Of a stretch of 64,000 nucleotides of DNA, positions 1 through 15,541 are shown piece after piece. The DNA lies in the NCBI RefSeq assembly GCF_009914755.1, contig NC_060936.1. One strand, written 5' to 3'. A program made the translations under genes and the position numbers. Source of the DNA: the human T2T-CHM13v2.0 reference genome, Homo sapiens. Numbering within the stretch: the stretch's first letter is position 1; the number at the start of each line of letters is the position of its first letter. A model generated the notes under the pieces. It worked only from the letters and a program-made list of their open reading frames with translations, did no database searches and had not been told where the DNA came from.

Positions 1-202
1 TTCACACCATTCTCCTGCCTCAGCCTCCTGAGTAGCTGGGACTACAGGCGCCCGCCACCACGCCCAGCTAATTTTTTTATTTTTAGTAGAGACGGGGTTT
101 CACCGAATTAGCCAGGATGGTCTCGATCTCCTGACCTTGTGATCCACCTGCCTTGGCCTCCCAAAGTGCTGGGATTACAGGCATGAGCCACCGCACCTGG
201 CC
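1..202 (-). mobile_element. Alu (AluY-like), truncated by window edge
   Basis: Antisense Alu sequence ending ...gagccaccgcacctggcc. Confidence 0.95.
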
Positions 203-639
203 CGAAGATGGAGATTTAATTAAGATGGATGGAACTGAGAAATGGAATTGAGTAATATGGCTGAGCAAATAATTCTGGCCAAGTCGTATACTTTTAAAGA
301 TGATTGAATGAGCATAATATTGGAAGTCTTTAGTAAGACCTCAGAAATCTGAATAGGAACATATTTCTTTCAAAATACTTGCACAATTTTACTATGGACC
401 AATGTGGCAAATCAATTAGGAGAATTGGTATAAGTCTATATTATCAAGGATGAGAGAAAAATGAGTTAGCAAAAAGAGTGTAAATGTTTAACTAAGGAAT
501 AATGCGTTGTCATTACCACAAAAGAGATCTTTAAGAGTTCTAAAAGTACAAATGTAAAGTGGCTTTACATTTGGAATGGATAACAGAGAAGAAGGATGTG
601 GACAAAATGACTCGTCCTTGTCTGTCTATAGACTTCTGT

Positions 640-1310
640 CTCAACTACATCATCCTAGACCAAGTCACCATATTTCCTGCCTGGACTACTACACATTAGC
701 CTCCTAATTGGTCTCTGCTTCCACTCTCAGTCTGCAATAATCTATTCTCACAGCAGCCAGAGCAATCTTTTTAATAAATCCAACCATGTCTCTCCTGTGC
801 TTAAAAACCTTTAGTGGCTTCCGGTGCAATAAAATCTAACTTCCCTCAGTGGCTCACAAAGCTCTCTGTGACCTGGTCCCCAGCTATCCTATTGACCCCA
901 TAGCCACCACCACTGTTCTTCTGACTCACTATTCTCTAACTACTCGGGCTTTCTTTCTGTTCCTCAAACATGCCTGTCATAGAGCTACTGCATTGGCTAT
1001 TTCTTTCTCGTTTTAGTCTCTTTTCCTGGCTTCTTGTGATTTAGTCTCATCTGCAATGTTACCTCCTTTGAGAGATCTTCCCTGATCACACAGTCAAGTT
1101 GCTACCAAGCAGTTCTCTATTTAAACCCCCTATTTTTACTCTGCAAAGTACTGGTCCCAATAGGATATTTTTATTTACTTGTTTATTTGTATATTAACTA
1201 TCTCCTGCAACCAGAATGTAGGCATGAGGGCAAAAACTTTGCATTATTCATGCCATTTTTGCAGCTCATTAAACAGTGCCTCGCTTGTAACAGTGTCAAA
1301 TAAATAATGT
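640..1310 (+). mobile_element. L2 relic
   Basis: Degenerate L2 3' motifs (cctggactactac...ctcctaattggtctc; cagcagccagagcaatcttt; acagtgcc). Boundaries approximate. Confidence 0.7.
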
Positions 1311-1325
1311 GCAATAAATGTATTT

Positions 1326-1637
<312 letters not shown>

Positions 1638-1811
1638 CCCAATAAATGTATTTTTTAGGATAGAATGCAATTTTAGATAAAGATACTAAAATATGGTACA
1701 TATAATAAAAATAGCAGCCTATGAAAGATAGATAGATTGTTGAATTCCCAGGATTGTTGTAGGACAAATCCCTATCTTTTCCCCCCTTTTCTGTGTAGCT
1801 TCTTCTTTTCA

Positions 1812-2096
<285 letters not shown>

Positions 2097-2699
2097 TGTA
2101 GCTTCTTCTTTTCACAAGTGTCACAAACAATTAAAAGCCTCATGTTATATCCAATATTTCTGTTTGTGCAAATAGTAATCTGATGTTGAATGACCTAAAA
2201 CCACTATTACCCACAATCATTTTTCCAAGAATATTTGAAGTTCACTTCAAATACACATTCACAGACATCATAGTGTAAAGGTATCTAACAATATGAACTG
2301 TCTTCTCCAAAGGATAGCAAGGAAAATTTATATAACTCCAGAATATCTGATGTTGGCAGATGAAAACCTGATGGAGTAAAAAGGAAAAGAATTCTATGTT
2401 TCTGTAAATGCAGTCATGGGAAATCCACTGAAGCTATTTTAGCTTCATATTTTCATCTAAAAAACTATTTATTGATACTTGCCTTGAAGGTTTTTTTCTG
2501 AGGATTAGGGATAAAATGTGATAAGGGCATAGGGCATAGTAGGAACTTCTAAGATGGGGTCTCTTAACATTTTTTCTTCAATTCTCTTGATAATATACAG
2601 CAAAACCTGATTTAGTGTTCTTTGTTACAAAGTGGAATTTAGAAAAAGGCAGGAGAATCTTAGACACATTTTATTTCTACTTTACAACTTTTTCAAAAC

Positions 2700-3222
2700 T
2701 CTTAAAGTTTTATTTTTCATTGACAAGTAATAATTTTATATATTTATGGATTATAATGCGATATTTCAATGCATGTATACATTGTGGAATGATCAAATCA
2801 GGCTACCAAAGTTGTTACCACAAATACTTATTGTTTCTTTGTGGTGAGAATATTTACAGTCCATTCTCTCAGCTATTTTGAAATATGCAATGTAGTATTA
2901 TTAACTATAGTTACCAAGTTGTATAATAGATCATCTTAACTTATTCCCCTTCTACCTAACTGAAACTTGTAACCTTTAGCTAAGACCTTTTCCCTTTTCT
3001 CTGTCTACCCTCCTCCCCCAGCCTCCCAGCCTCTGGAAACCACATTCTACTCTCTACTTCTATGAATTAAAGTTTTTCAGATTCCACACATAGGTGAGAT
3101 CATGTGGTATTTGTCTGCCCATGCTTGGCTTATTTCACTTAGCATGATGTTCTCTAGGCCCATCCACGCTGACAAAAATGACATTTCCTGCTTTTTAAAG
3201 GCTAAATATTAAATGGTATACA

Positions 3223-3267
<45 letters not shown>

Positions 3268-3712
3268 GTAGATATAGATATCTATCACATACTTACCACA
3301 TTTAAAAAATGTATTCATCCCTTGATAGCACTTCAGTTGTTTTCATATCTTAGCTGTTGTAATAATGCTGTATTGAACATGGGAGTGTAAACATCTCTTT
3401 GACATATTGATTTCAATTCCTTTGAATATCTCCCCAGAAGCAGAATTGCTGGATCATATGGAATTCTATGAACTTTTTTGAGGAACCTCCATATTGTCTG
3501 TCAAATTGGCTGTAGCAATTTATATTCCCACCAACGGTGTACAAGGGTTCCCTTTTCTTCACATCCTCACTAGCACTTGTTATCTTTCCTCTTTTTGATA
3601 ATAGCCAAATTAAAAGGTATGAGGTGATATCTCATTGTGGTTTTAATTTGCATTTCTCTGATGATTAGAGATGTTGAGCATTTTTTCATATAGCTGTTGG
3701 CCATTTGTATGT
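2700..3712 (-). mobile_element. L1MA-type 3' end
   Basis: Antisense L1 3' motifs (gcttatttcacttagcatgatg; gctggatcatatgg; tttgcatttctctgatgattagagatgttgagcatttttt). Confidence 0.85.
3225..3264. repeat. (TG)20 microsatellite
   Basis: Perfect dinucleotide run inside the L1. Confidence 0.97.
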
Positions 3713-4291
3713 TAGACACACTTTAAAGGAGCATCCACAGAGAACTTCAGAATCTCTTACAGCATAGACAGTGGCAGGTCTCAGCTTCATTCTTTTCAGT
3801 GGGGCACTTTTACAATAAATTGTATCTCAGTATTCTAAAGGAGATCTTTCCAGGGTCAGCACTATAAGGTTGTGCAGTTAATACACTGTGTAAAGGCAAC
3901 TGGCCAACAGGGTGAGTGAGGCCTGGAATCCAGCCCACACTCTTCTCCTTAGGATCTGGGTTTGCACAGAGGCTGCATTTTCTTAATTTGTATAAAAGCA
4001 TCCTAGAGCCTGTACTTGCCCCTTTCAAAGTATATCATTTTCCAAATTATCTTATATTTGTGGAGAATATAGCTGAATGGCACATAAACTATCTTGCTTA
4101 TATACTTTTAGATCACTGTCTTTTGTTTGATTGATTTTGTTTGGATTATTTAAATCTAATGATTTTGTTTCAGCTAAGAAAATATATTTTAGAACATATC
4201 TAAAATATATTTTAAGTATATTCATATATACATATATGTGTGTGTGTATATATATATATATACTCCTTGTATAGAATAAGTCACTTCTCAC

Positions 4292-4510
4292 CTATGACAT
4301 GTGGTTTTGTTGTGTTTGTTGCTGCTGCTGCTGTTGCTGCTGCTGAATTAGCAATTGCTGCTGCTGCCGACGCCTGGCTGTTCGTAGCTTTTCAAAGCGA
4401 GCCTCCATTTCTTCCAGAACTTTTGGGGTGTATCGCACCACCAGCTTGACGCTGTCTTTAGCAGCCTTGAGTAGTTCCACAGCTTTCTCATGGTGTTCTC
4501 CTTCCACACT
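4292..4510 (-). CDS. LIN7A: LIN7A last coding exon (219 nt): C-terminal half of PDZ, polyQ tail and stop
   Basis: Translates [72 protein letters not shown], the LIN7A C-terminus. Acceptor ttttcag|AGT at 4511-4513; donor TAG|gtgaga immediately after the stop. Confidence 0.98.
   Translation of the reverse strand, partial: SVEGEHHEKAVELLKAAKDSVKLVVRYTPKVLEEMEARFEKLRTARRRQQQQLLIQQQQQQQQQQTQQNHMS
4318..4366 (-). repeat. LIN7A: Interrupted CAG/CAA repeat encoding the LIN7A polyQ
   Basis: Encodes [17 protein letters not shown]; CAG runs broken by CAA and TTGCTAATT. Confidence 0.95.
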
Positions 4511-5374
4511 CTGAAAATACAATGACACTTCTTAAAGGGAGGAGGTTCAATGTTCTTTTCCCTGGAGACAAATCTGAAATTAATATCACATTAAGAACCC
4601 AAAATTTAAAATTTTAAGAAAACATGGCAAATGAGTTATCTTACCATCATCGTTATTATTTATTACATTGTGGTTAAACTATAAGCAGGTTAGGCTGCAC
4701 TAGGTCACAGAATGGACTGTGTGGGGATTCAGGTCATGAGGGTGAAAAGCAATGAAGACCTAAATTATAATGCTAACATTAGGAATGAAATTTCCAAATT
4801 TTATCTGGAAGAGTAAATGCACTAGTCAACAAAATTTTGAAAAAAATTAAAACATAGTAACAAAGAGAAAATTTCTGTATCAGATATTAAAATTTATTAA
4901 GAATCTACAATGATTAAAGTGGTGTCTTATTGTGTGTATAAAAGAGATAGTAGAACATAGCACAGAGTCCAGAAGGAGAGTCATCACATGGAAAGCTTTA
5001 TTTATTATTAATGTGGACTTTAGACCAAAGGAGAAAAGGACTATTAACTAAATTAAATAATACAAAATAATGGAGACTCAATCTCATACACTATGCTAAA
5101 TATAACAGATTAATTAAAATTTAAATGTAACATAAAAACATAAAGTAACTAAAATAAAAGAAAGGTGAACATTAATCATTTTTCAATAGAAAAGGAATTC
5201 TTAATTTAAAATGCCACAGGAAAAATAACCACGAAATCAGATGTGCACAGTGTAAGTTTCTATGTCTCAAACACTGTAAAAAAAAAAAAAAAAGGCAAAC
5301 CAGAAAAACAGTTTCAGTATGTGACTGTCATATACTTAGTGCAAAAGGGTTTTTTTTCTGGTTTATTTGCCCTT

Positions 5375-5702
<328 letters not shown>

Positions 5703-5762
5703 TAAGCAGAATGAGCAGTTGACATGCATGGACAAAAAATAAAAAATATAAATGGACAATAG

Positions 5763-6128
<366 letters not shown>

Positions 6129-8939
6129 AATATTTCATTTTTAACTTAAAAATGATAAATATATATTTTAAAATTTGGTGTACAGACAAGGATGTAGGAA
6201 AATTGGACTCAGACTGCTAATAACTTAACAAAAACTGGTGAAATTTTTCTGGAGGGCACTATCGTTATGCATTGAATAAGCCCTTATTATAAGTGAATAA
6301 TTTTATATTAAGAAAAATCTATTCAGGATACAATCAAATAGGCACACATACTTATAAGATAGATACAGAAAACAAAAAACAAATCAATTCTTGGCTTTTG
6401 AGTTTCAAAACAGTCTTTTGAACATCATGGCATAGACAATACTTGGAGAAACTATGCTTCCTCTAAGTAAACACAATGCTGCTTTTTTCCCAATCTTCTG
6501 AAGATTCTCCAGGTTAGGATGATGGAGAAGCAAAAAGAAGAAAGTTGTAATTAGACTTTATAGGACCCTACATAAGGAAACCCTGGCTCCTGCCCCTCTG
6601 AGCGGATCACCAGGGCAGATGACAGAACCCTTAATTTACAGGATTGAACTGCCAAGGCCTTTTTGCCTTGCTTCTTGGGTAAAGTACAGAGAAAAAAAAT
6701 CACTGTGCAGTGTGATAGATGGAGACTGAGATAAGGTTAAAGAGTGTCAGACGACCTAGGAGTCACACTGAAGAGGCAGAGAAGGCCACCCTCAATTGTT
6801 TGACATTACATTTTCACAATCCAAGCAGAAGGGAAACTCAAAAAGATACTAAATTGAATTACAGAAAAATAAAGGAAGTGAAATCTTAAGCACCCTTGAA
6901 TTATACCTTCAGATTCATAATTTCTACTGCAGATTTGGAGACTTAAGGGATCATTTGATCATTGGCTTAGCCACTCAACTAATATGTTTATTAAGCATTT
7001 ATTTTATGAATTATAGTCTACTACGTTTCTTGAGAAAACATGAAAGGAAGGTAAACTTTGACAGCATCGTGCAATATAAACCCTATTTTCAGTATGTTTG
7101 TAATTTCTTTATAACTGGTCCCACGATGATTTGTTAATGCATATAATTTTCCTTTGAAAGGAAAACTTGGTGATTTGGTTGTCTACATACCCTTCTCTAA
7201 TTTCTTTTTTAATATTAAAACTTACATGTTTATGTTTTAATAATAATGGTTCACCCAGTTTCTAGGCCAGATCATCAGTCTGTAGACTTCTTCGTGGCTT
7301 TTGTTCTATTTGCTTTTATTTAATAGGGTTGGAGATTCTAGGCCAGACCTTTAGAGGCCCATTATCTCTGTTTTGGCACTGTGTCTGCGATTCAGTTGCC
7401 ACAGGAGGGCTGTGGTACTAATGTGTGTGGGCCATTAGGCTCTCACGGTGGTGGTGAAGAGTTGAGAGAAAAACGGCTGGCTGGTGCACCACACACCAGG
7501 CCCTGCAAAACCATCAAGGTTATCCTCTTCCAGTCCCTGCTCTGCCCTCTCCCACACAGTTAACAATGTATCAAAAGCAGACTCCACAGTTTTCAATTCC
7601 AGAAATTTTGCCTTCATGCTTTATCTTCAGTTTAGACAAGGACTCAGATTCTCTTTAAGGCTCAACAGAGTCAACAGGTCTGTTGGTTTGGCTCTACTGT
7701 CTTTCCCACCAGGACACAGAGCCACTATGAGAGATCTGGGCAGTGTCACAGTTCCTCATTTGTACTACTGAAATGCTTTACTAACATCCTACAAATTATA
7801 TAATTAAGCAGCTAAGAAGTGAATTTTAGAAAGATATTAAGAAATATAAGCATACTTGAAAAATTTTTATTTCAAACACTCCTCAACTTTGCTTTTTAAT
7901 TGTTTTCAGAAGCATATCTTGTCTTAAGGATTATTTTTGTGGCCTTTTTTTCCCCACTAGCTTTGCCTACTTTGTAAATACTTTTGAGTACATATGCTTG
8001 TCTCCTTAACCTATTATTTATCTCTGGAGTGCTTTTAGTCCATCAGTATAACTTTGTAATAAGAATAAGGCAGTTTTCTCTTCTTCTTTCTTTCCCTTTT
8101 AAGGTAAGAACAAGAAATCAAACCATCTTGCCACAGAAGTCTTGTTGCATGAATAAAAAGAAGCCAAAAGATCTACTCAGTTAGGGTATAAATGTTGATG
8201 TGCAAGCCCTTCACAGGTATTCCTTGAGCCCTGAAAGTTCAGCATCTATTCTTGCTTTTGACTTAGTCTGTGTCTCACTCTTAATGAAAGTATGCATCAT
8301 TTCTAGCTAAATATTTAAGACATATTTTGAAATGTGATAGGTTATTTATAAACAGTTAAGCTATTTTTATCAAAGCTGTATATACAAGCACTCCTGATTC
8401 AGAGTTGTCTTTTATAAGAACCAGTGTAAGTTTGAGCAATCACTGAAAACTTGTAGCACCAGCTTCCTACATAGGCTGAGAAGGTGGTTCTTATATGACT
8501 TTAAGAGCTCTAAAAAGACTTCTTATTTTACAGTGAAACCCCCTCCTCCATTTAAAAGCTGAAATTCTATATTTTTAAGTTTTATCCCCTTGCTTTAAGA
8601 GTTTTGTTGTACCTATTGCATTAGCATAAATTAATTTAACAAGGCCTTGCAATGGACGTCTGGTAAAATTGGATTTTATTAAGAAGGTGAGGAGTGATGA
8701 GAACAGCCTGAGGGTATATAGTAGGTACCCAGGAAATATTTTGACCAAAGAGAAGTATAGCCTAAAACAGAAAAACCCCTAAAAAGAAATGTTACCTACC
8801 CCAAAATTATGCCTAGGCTGGCCATGAGCATACATGAAATGAATTAAAATGCACTATGAAGACTGTACATTCCCATCCTGAAAATGCTTCTATCTTTAGC
8901 TGATAAATCTTTTAACAATAAACATAAAGATTAATATGA

Positions 8940-9242
8940 GGTCAAGCACAGTGGCTCTTGCCTGTAATCCCAGCCATTTGGGAGGCTGAGGCAGGAAGGA
9001 AGATTGCCTGAGCCTAGGAGTTCAAGACCAATCTGAGCAACATGGCAAGACCCCATCTCTACAAAGAATTTTTATTTTTTAAATAGCTGGGGCGAGTGGC
9101 ATGTGTCTGTGGTCCCAACTACTTGGGATGCTGAACCAAGAGAATGGCTTGAACCCAGGAGGTCGGGGCTGTGGGGAGCCATGTTTGTGTCACTGCACTC
9201 TAGCCTAGGCAACAGAGCAAGACTCTGTCTCAAAAAAAAAAA
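8940..9242 (+). mobile_element. AluJ
   Basis: gagcctaggagttcaagacc...gcaacatggcaagacccc; A-tail followed by TA/CA repeats. Confidence 0.9.
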
Positions 9243-9579
9243 GTGTATATATACACACTCACACACACACACTATTATATACATTAGTTATTATATACAA
9301 TAGTTATATATATATATATGGAGCCTTCAAAAAGTTGTATTACAATAAACACAAGCTAATAAAATACTAAACTGATATAAAAACCATACAAACTGGATCT
9401 CCTATAACATTGATGTACAAAGAAATATATTTTCATTTAGGAAGCTGGGAAAAAAATAGCTCAGTAGATAACCAAAGGCATACTTGTTTCATCAGCAACC
9501 TCATACAGCAGTAAGCTCTAGGCAGCTTTCAAGTTAGTTAATTTGATTGAAGTTTAGCAAATCAATGGCTGGTAAATGA

Positions 9580-9930
<351 letters not shown>

Positions 9931-10971
9931 TAGTTTTACTATTTGTATACACTGTGAGATATTAAAATGGCAGCTTATTTCTGGTATGCTCGTATTTCTG
10001 GTATGCTCAACTTCCTGGTTGATTAAGGATCATCCCTTATAAGAGAGAATTTGAATTGCACTACATACATGAATTTGCTCATGACATGTGCTCTCTCTCT
10101 CCCGCTTCCATAGAGGGTTAAATTTTGACCCTGGCTAGATCTCAGATGGAAGCAATGCCTGCCCTGGGAAGCAATCATGTGATCTGTGCACTATCAGTCA
10201 TCAACTGGCTAAGTTTTTAGGCAGGTTTTTCTCTGTGGGAATTACATAGATATCATCTTGATCCAGTTTTCTGATGTGTAAGTTACTTAAACACTTTGTT
10301 GGACAACAAGAGTTGGCTAGACCTTGTAGTTATTCAAGGCATATCTACAGCCAGGTTTATGCATAGACTCCTAAAAAACATCAGTCATTCCTTTAGATTA
10401 AAGGCCAAATGATGTTATCATCATTTGGAGTAAAGGACATCAAGGGTATTAGGTAATTATACCTTAGTGAATTAGATAGCTCAGAAACACAGAACATTAT
10501 ACCTAAAAAGACCTTTAGAAATAATCTCATTTATGTCCTTATATCTTAATACTTAAGGAAACAGACACCAAGACTGGCTATGACTTACTCCATTTTATAA
10601 GTCCGTTAGTTGTAGGTCTGGATTAGAACTCATTTTTCTTGATGACTGCTCTTTCAACAACCGTATGCTAATTTTCTAGCTTAACTAATCCCGAAATGAA
10701 ATACATGGAGTGTCATTTTTGTGTGATGCAAAAGGATAGGAACTAATGGCAAGAAAAAGATCTGGCAACTCCTAGCTCAAAAGTGTGAGCTGGAGTGAAG
10801 GAATAGCATGGGGCTACCTGAAGGACTCACTACTACTAGGATTAGGGGGTTATGATTCTCAACTTTGAAAAGGCCCAGTATAACCAAGCAAAGACCTATT
10901 CCTTTCCCAAAAAGATAACAGTGATTATTTTTTTCTTATGATAGTTTTACTTTTGTTCCATGAAGTTCTTT

Positions 10972-11073
10972 TGTTTGTTTGTTTGTTTGTTTTCTTTTTG
11001 AGATGGAGTCTCGCTCTGTCCCCCAGGCTGGAGTGCAGTGGCCGGATCTTGGCTCACTGCAAGCTCCGCCTCC
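10972..11073 (-). mobile_element. Severely 5'-truncated Alu (last ~75 nt plus tail)
   Basis: 14-bp TSD ccatgaagttcttt at 10958-10971 and 11074-11087; (TTTG)n tail. Confidence 0.92.
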
Positions 11074-11832
11074 CCATGAAGTTCTTTCACTATCATTTTA
11101 TTTTAAGAGTGTGTGTGTTCATACATATAAATGTGTGTAAACATGCATGTGTATATATGTATACTGTAGTTTTTATTGACCATTTATTAAGTAAAAGGCT
11201 GTTTTCTGTGCATTTTATCTAATCCTTGCAACATATCTGTTAAAAAGGTAATGAAAAGGTTAAGAAATGTGTCCTAGGTCACCAGCTAGTAAGTCGAACA
11301 GATCAACCTGAAATGAGCTTTATCTGTTTCTAGAGTCGAGGCTCTTACCTACCAATCCTTAATCTTAAATAAAATAATAAAGAAAAAGTAAGTATCACAT
11401 TGGCAGTTTTGCTTACTGATAGAGATGTTTAGGCCAGTCATTCTTAAACCTTGATGTACATAGTAGTCAACTGAAGAACTTTTTAAATATAGAGACCTAG
11501 GCTCTTCCCAGCCTTGCCATATTAAGATCTGTAGCAATATGACCTAGGAATATATAAATACAAAACTCTGATCCAGCCAGTCAGTCTCTGACATGTAGAT
11601 TTGTGTTTGGACACACTACTCTAAACCCAAATAGAACTAACCAAAATAGTAAAAGTCATCTTAAGGGTTTCTCTACAACCTTACTACAGAAAAAAGTGTT
11701 GGTTAGATGAGGGAAATCTTATGATTTTGCCTTGATTTAGCTCTATAGTTGGCATTTTTGATCATTAAAGAAAAACAATGTTGATTGGGTATTTAATTAA
11801 GAAAGAAATATCTTTTAATAAGCTACAGGATA

Positions 11833-12073
11833 TACAATAATGCCTCCTTATGCACAGTTTCAGTTACCCAGGGTCAATCAAGGTCCAAAAATAGGTGAGT
11901 ACAGCACAATGGGATATTTTGAGAGAGAGAATGAGACATCACATTCACATAACTTTGATTGCAGTACATTGTTATAATTGTTCTATTATTGTTGTTAATC
12001 TCTTACTGTGCCTCATTTATAAATTAAACCATCCTAAATATGTATGCACAGTAAAGGAAAAAATGTAGTATAC
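11833..12073 (+). mobile_element. MER44-like (Tigger-derived) DNA transposon fragment
   Basis: gtttcagttaccc...gtccaaaaataggtgagtacagcacaat...cacattcacataactt matches the MER44 consensus as I recall it. Confidence 0.75.
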
Positions 12074-12429
12074 ATTATTCAGAAAAGAATTTTATGATGT
12101 TTCATCTTTCCCTTTTTTCAAATGTGTTAATTTTCCTGTTCTAAATGTAGTCTTTTTTGATTAAGAAAAGTGGAAAATGTATTAAAAGTATCACATTTAT
12201 CTCTTGGAAAAATATGCTAATGATCTCCCATAGTACTTTGTTCTTGCTTTATGCTAATATCTATCACAAGTGCACTATAATTTATCAGTTCACCATCATT
12301 CTGTTGCCACCAGACTGTCCAAGAGCAGGATGAGTCTAATTTATTTATGTGTGTGTCCAGCATTTATTATGAACTCAATAAATAGTCAATGAATATAACA
12401 TCAATATAAAATATAAAGTCTTATAGGCT

Positions 12430-12650
12430 AAGGAACCAGTATTGCCTGGGTTTGAATCTGAGCTTCTTCCCTCACCAGCTCTGTGAACACAGACAAGCTG
12501 CTTAATATTTCAAAGCTTCACTTTCCTTGTCTGTAAATTGGGCATCATAGTGTACTTAGTTTATAGGATTATTATGAGCATTAAATTTAACATACATAAA
12601 GCACTTGGAACAGTGCCTAGGATTTACAAAGCGTCCAACAAACATTAGTT
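12430..12650 (+). mobile_element. MIR
   Basis: gcctgggtttgaatc...ctgtaaattgggcat...aaagcacttggaacagtgcct. Confidence 0.75.
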
Positions 12651-13451
12651 CTTTGTTGAACTATTTTCTTGTTAATGGTGTTGCTTAGGGCTTTAGATGT
12701 TTACAGACAACAACAGCAACAAAATATGATTTTGCCTTTGGTGTAAGTAGAAGTTTTCTTTATATTATTTGGGAAGTAAAAGTTTACCAAGTAAATTAAT
12801 AGTGTATGGGGCTTGTTAGAAGAATGTTTAAAACTATCTAGGTGAATCCACTGCTGTTAATCATCCTCAAGTAATTTAGTGGCATCATTTCCATTCATAC
12901 AATTGATATGCTAATTACAAATGATCATTAGTTATTCATTAAAACTGTTCCTCTCAGTCCCTCAACAATGTCGTGCTCTGTTAGGTAAAGAAGGAACGTG
13001 CAGGAGATTTACCTGATAGGAGCATGCATAATGTGAGGGAACTTGAGAGGGGAAAATCATCAAATAACTAAACACCACAAAAGAACAAGGAGGTTAATGG
13101 AAAAAAAAGTGTATATAATTATACATATTCTTATCCTGTGAGAGCAGTTAGAAATAGAAGAATTTTTGGACCATGAAAGTGGAGAATGCAGAGCATTATC
13201 AGTAAGCCTGGGGGCAGAAAACTGAAAACGAGCAAAAAAGCTTTAGAAAAAGATCAGTGCCTTCTAGCAATCAGATATTCACAAATCTAACATTTGGTTG
13301 ACCTCAGCCCACCTTTCAGATCTGGAGACTAAAACTGGAAACAAATGCAGCTACTACATCCTGGTGGTAATGCTTTATAGTAACTGCTTGATCCTTGATG
13401 TCTGCACCAAAAGGGGGGAAAAGTCCTGATGGTTGTTGGAATGAAGATTAA

Positions 13452-13453
<2 letters not shown>

Positions 13454-13493
<40 letters not shown>
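13454..13493. repeat. (AC)20 microsatellite
   Basis: Perfect dinucleotide run. Confidence 0.97.
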
Positions 13494-13495
<2 letters not shown>

Positions 13496-14072
13496 ATCTT
13501 CAGGAGTACAAACATGAGCTTTAGAGGTCTGAAAACAGAACAAAGCTGCCTGGGAAAATATTCCTCGAAAATGATACCTTTAAATCAGTCTACTAATTCT
13601 TGAGTGGTGGGTTTCACCCAGGAAGCAGGGATAATAGAGAACACTTACCAACTGTGATTCACACTGGTTTATCTCTGAGATGCAGGCTGTGCACCCCCAT
13701 GCTCTCCCAACCCATGACACTCTGTGACACTACACCCCCAATGAGCAAAGGCTTAGAAATGTACATACTCCTAAGCAGAGTGTTGTGACCGCCAGTTCTC
13801 ATTGTTTGCCTCCAGGTCTGCATTAGGATAGGGAAAGGGTTATGGAAGTGGTGATCACCACCATCCCCTACATATCCGCCAAGAACTACCTCCCCCATAC
13901 TCACCCCATTACAGTTCCACTTACAAAATGCAAATACATCTTAGCCACTAAAATTCACTGTGACTTCTTAAACCACCAAAGCCTTAGCAGAGCCAGGGTG
14001 CCAGGGCAGAAAGGCCAGGGATTGGGGTCAGGAGGATCTGGATTTGAATCTTAGACAAGTTGCTTATATTAA

Positions 14073-14175
14073 CAGTGTGACCTCTCCCCTCTCAGCTAGG
14101 GACTGTTCCAGTTTTAGCACTGAAAGTCCCAGGAAATGCATCGGGCCTGGGCAAACTAAGATAATAAGTCACCCA
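14073..14175. mobile_element. MER94/MER81-like hAT-Blackjack MITE
   Basis: gtgacc...ttttagcactgaaagtccc...gggcaaac...gtcaccc with terminal inverted ends. Confidence 0.55.
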
Positions 14176-14245
14176 AGACACAAGATGTTGCACATGTGCA
14201 CAGTGCATAGTAGTGCCTGGTAAATTTTCCTTTTTTTTTTAATTA

Positions 14246-14413
14246 AAAATACTTTATTGTTAACAATGCTAATGATCATCTGAGCCTTCAGTAAATCATA
14301 ATCTTTTTGCGGATGGAGGGTTTTGTCTTTATATGGATGGCTGTTGACTGATCACAGTAGTGGTTGCTAAAGATTGGGGTGGCTGTGGTAATTTCTTAAA
14401 ATAAGACAACAAT
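14246..14413 (+). mobile_element. Tigger1 internal fragment
   Basis: aaaatactttattg...gatcatctgagccttcag...ttggggtggctgtgg...cttaaaataagacaacaatg. Confidence 0.8.
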
Positions 14414-14863
14414 GCAAATACATGTGATTGCAGCTGCAGCCAGTCTGGAGTGGACACTGCGAAGACACCAGCTACAGTGGGGGAGGTGCTGCAGGGCTGT
14501 GGGCTTTAGGGAGCCAGTGGGAGCCAGCAACAGGCGGAAACCCCACCCCTTCCAAATTGGAGGGGCGAGAGCCCCACCCTCTTGGGCTCAGCTGCAGTTG
14601 CCCAGCTGCAGGTGCAGACCCAGGCATCTCTGCATTCTCAGGGACCCATGAAACCCCTCTCCCCTTGCAGGCTCAGAAGTGCCTGCTCCTGTTGCCTGGC
14701 CTCTCCCAGCTGCCTGTGCCTGCTCAGATTTCACAGCAAAGTTGATACTAAGTGCAGGCACTGTTGCAACCAGGCCAGACGTGTGTGCACTCAGGGGAGC
14801 ACTGACAAGCCAACCCCCTGACACCTCAGCCCTCTGTGGACTTTGGGCACTAACGAGCCCAAA

Positions 14864-15541
<678 letters not shown>

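Noticed and set aside
4240-4449. Plus-strand polyalanine ORF
   Set aside because: Antisense shadow of the LIN7A polyQ exon.
7435-7617. Minus-strand 60-aa ORF with SAFDTL and GVWCTSQPFFSQLF, faintly RT-like
   Set aside because: Motif spacing is about half that of real RTs, there is no YADD-like site, and I could not recognise homology or splice support.
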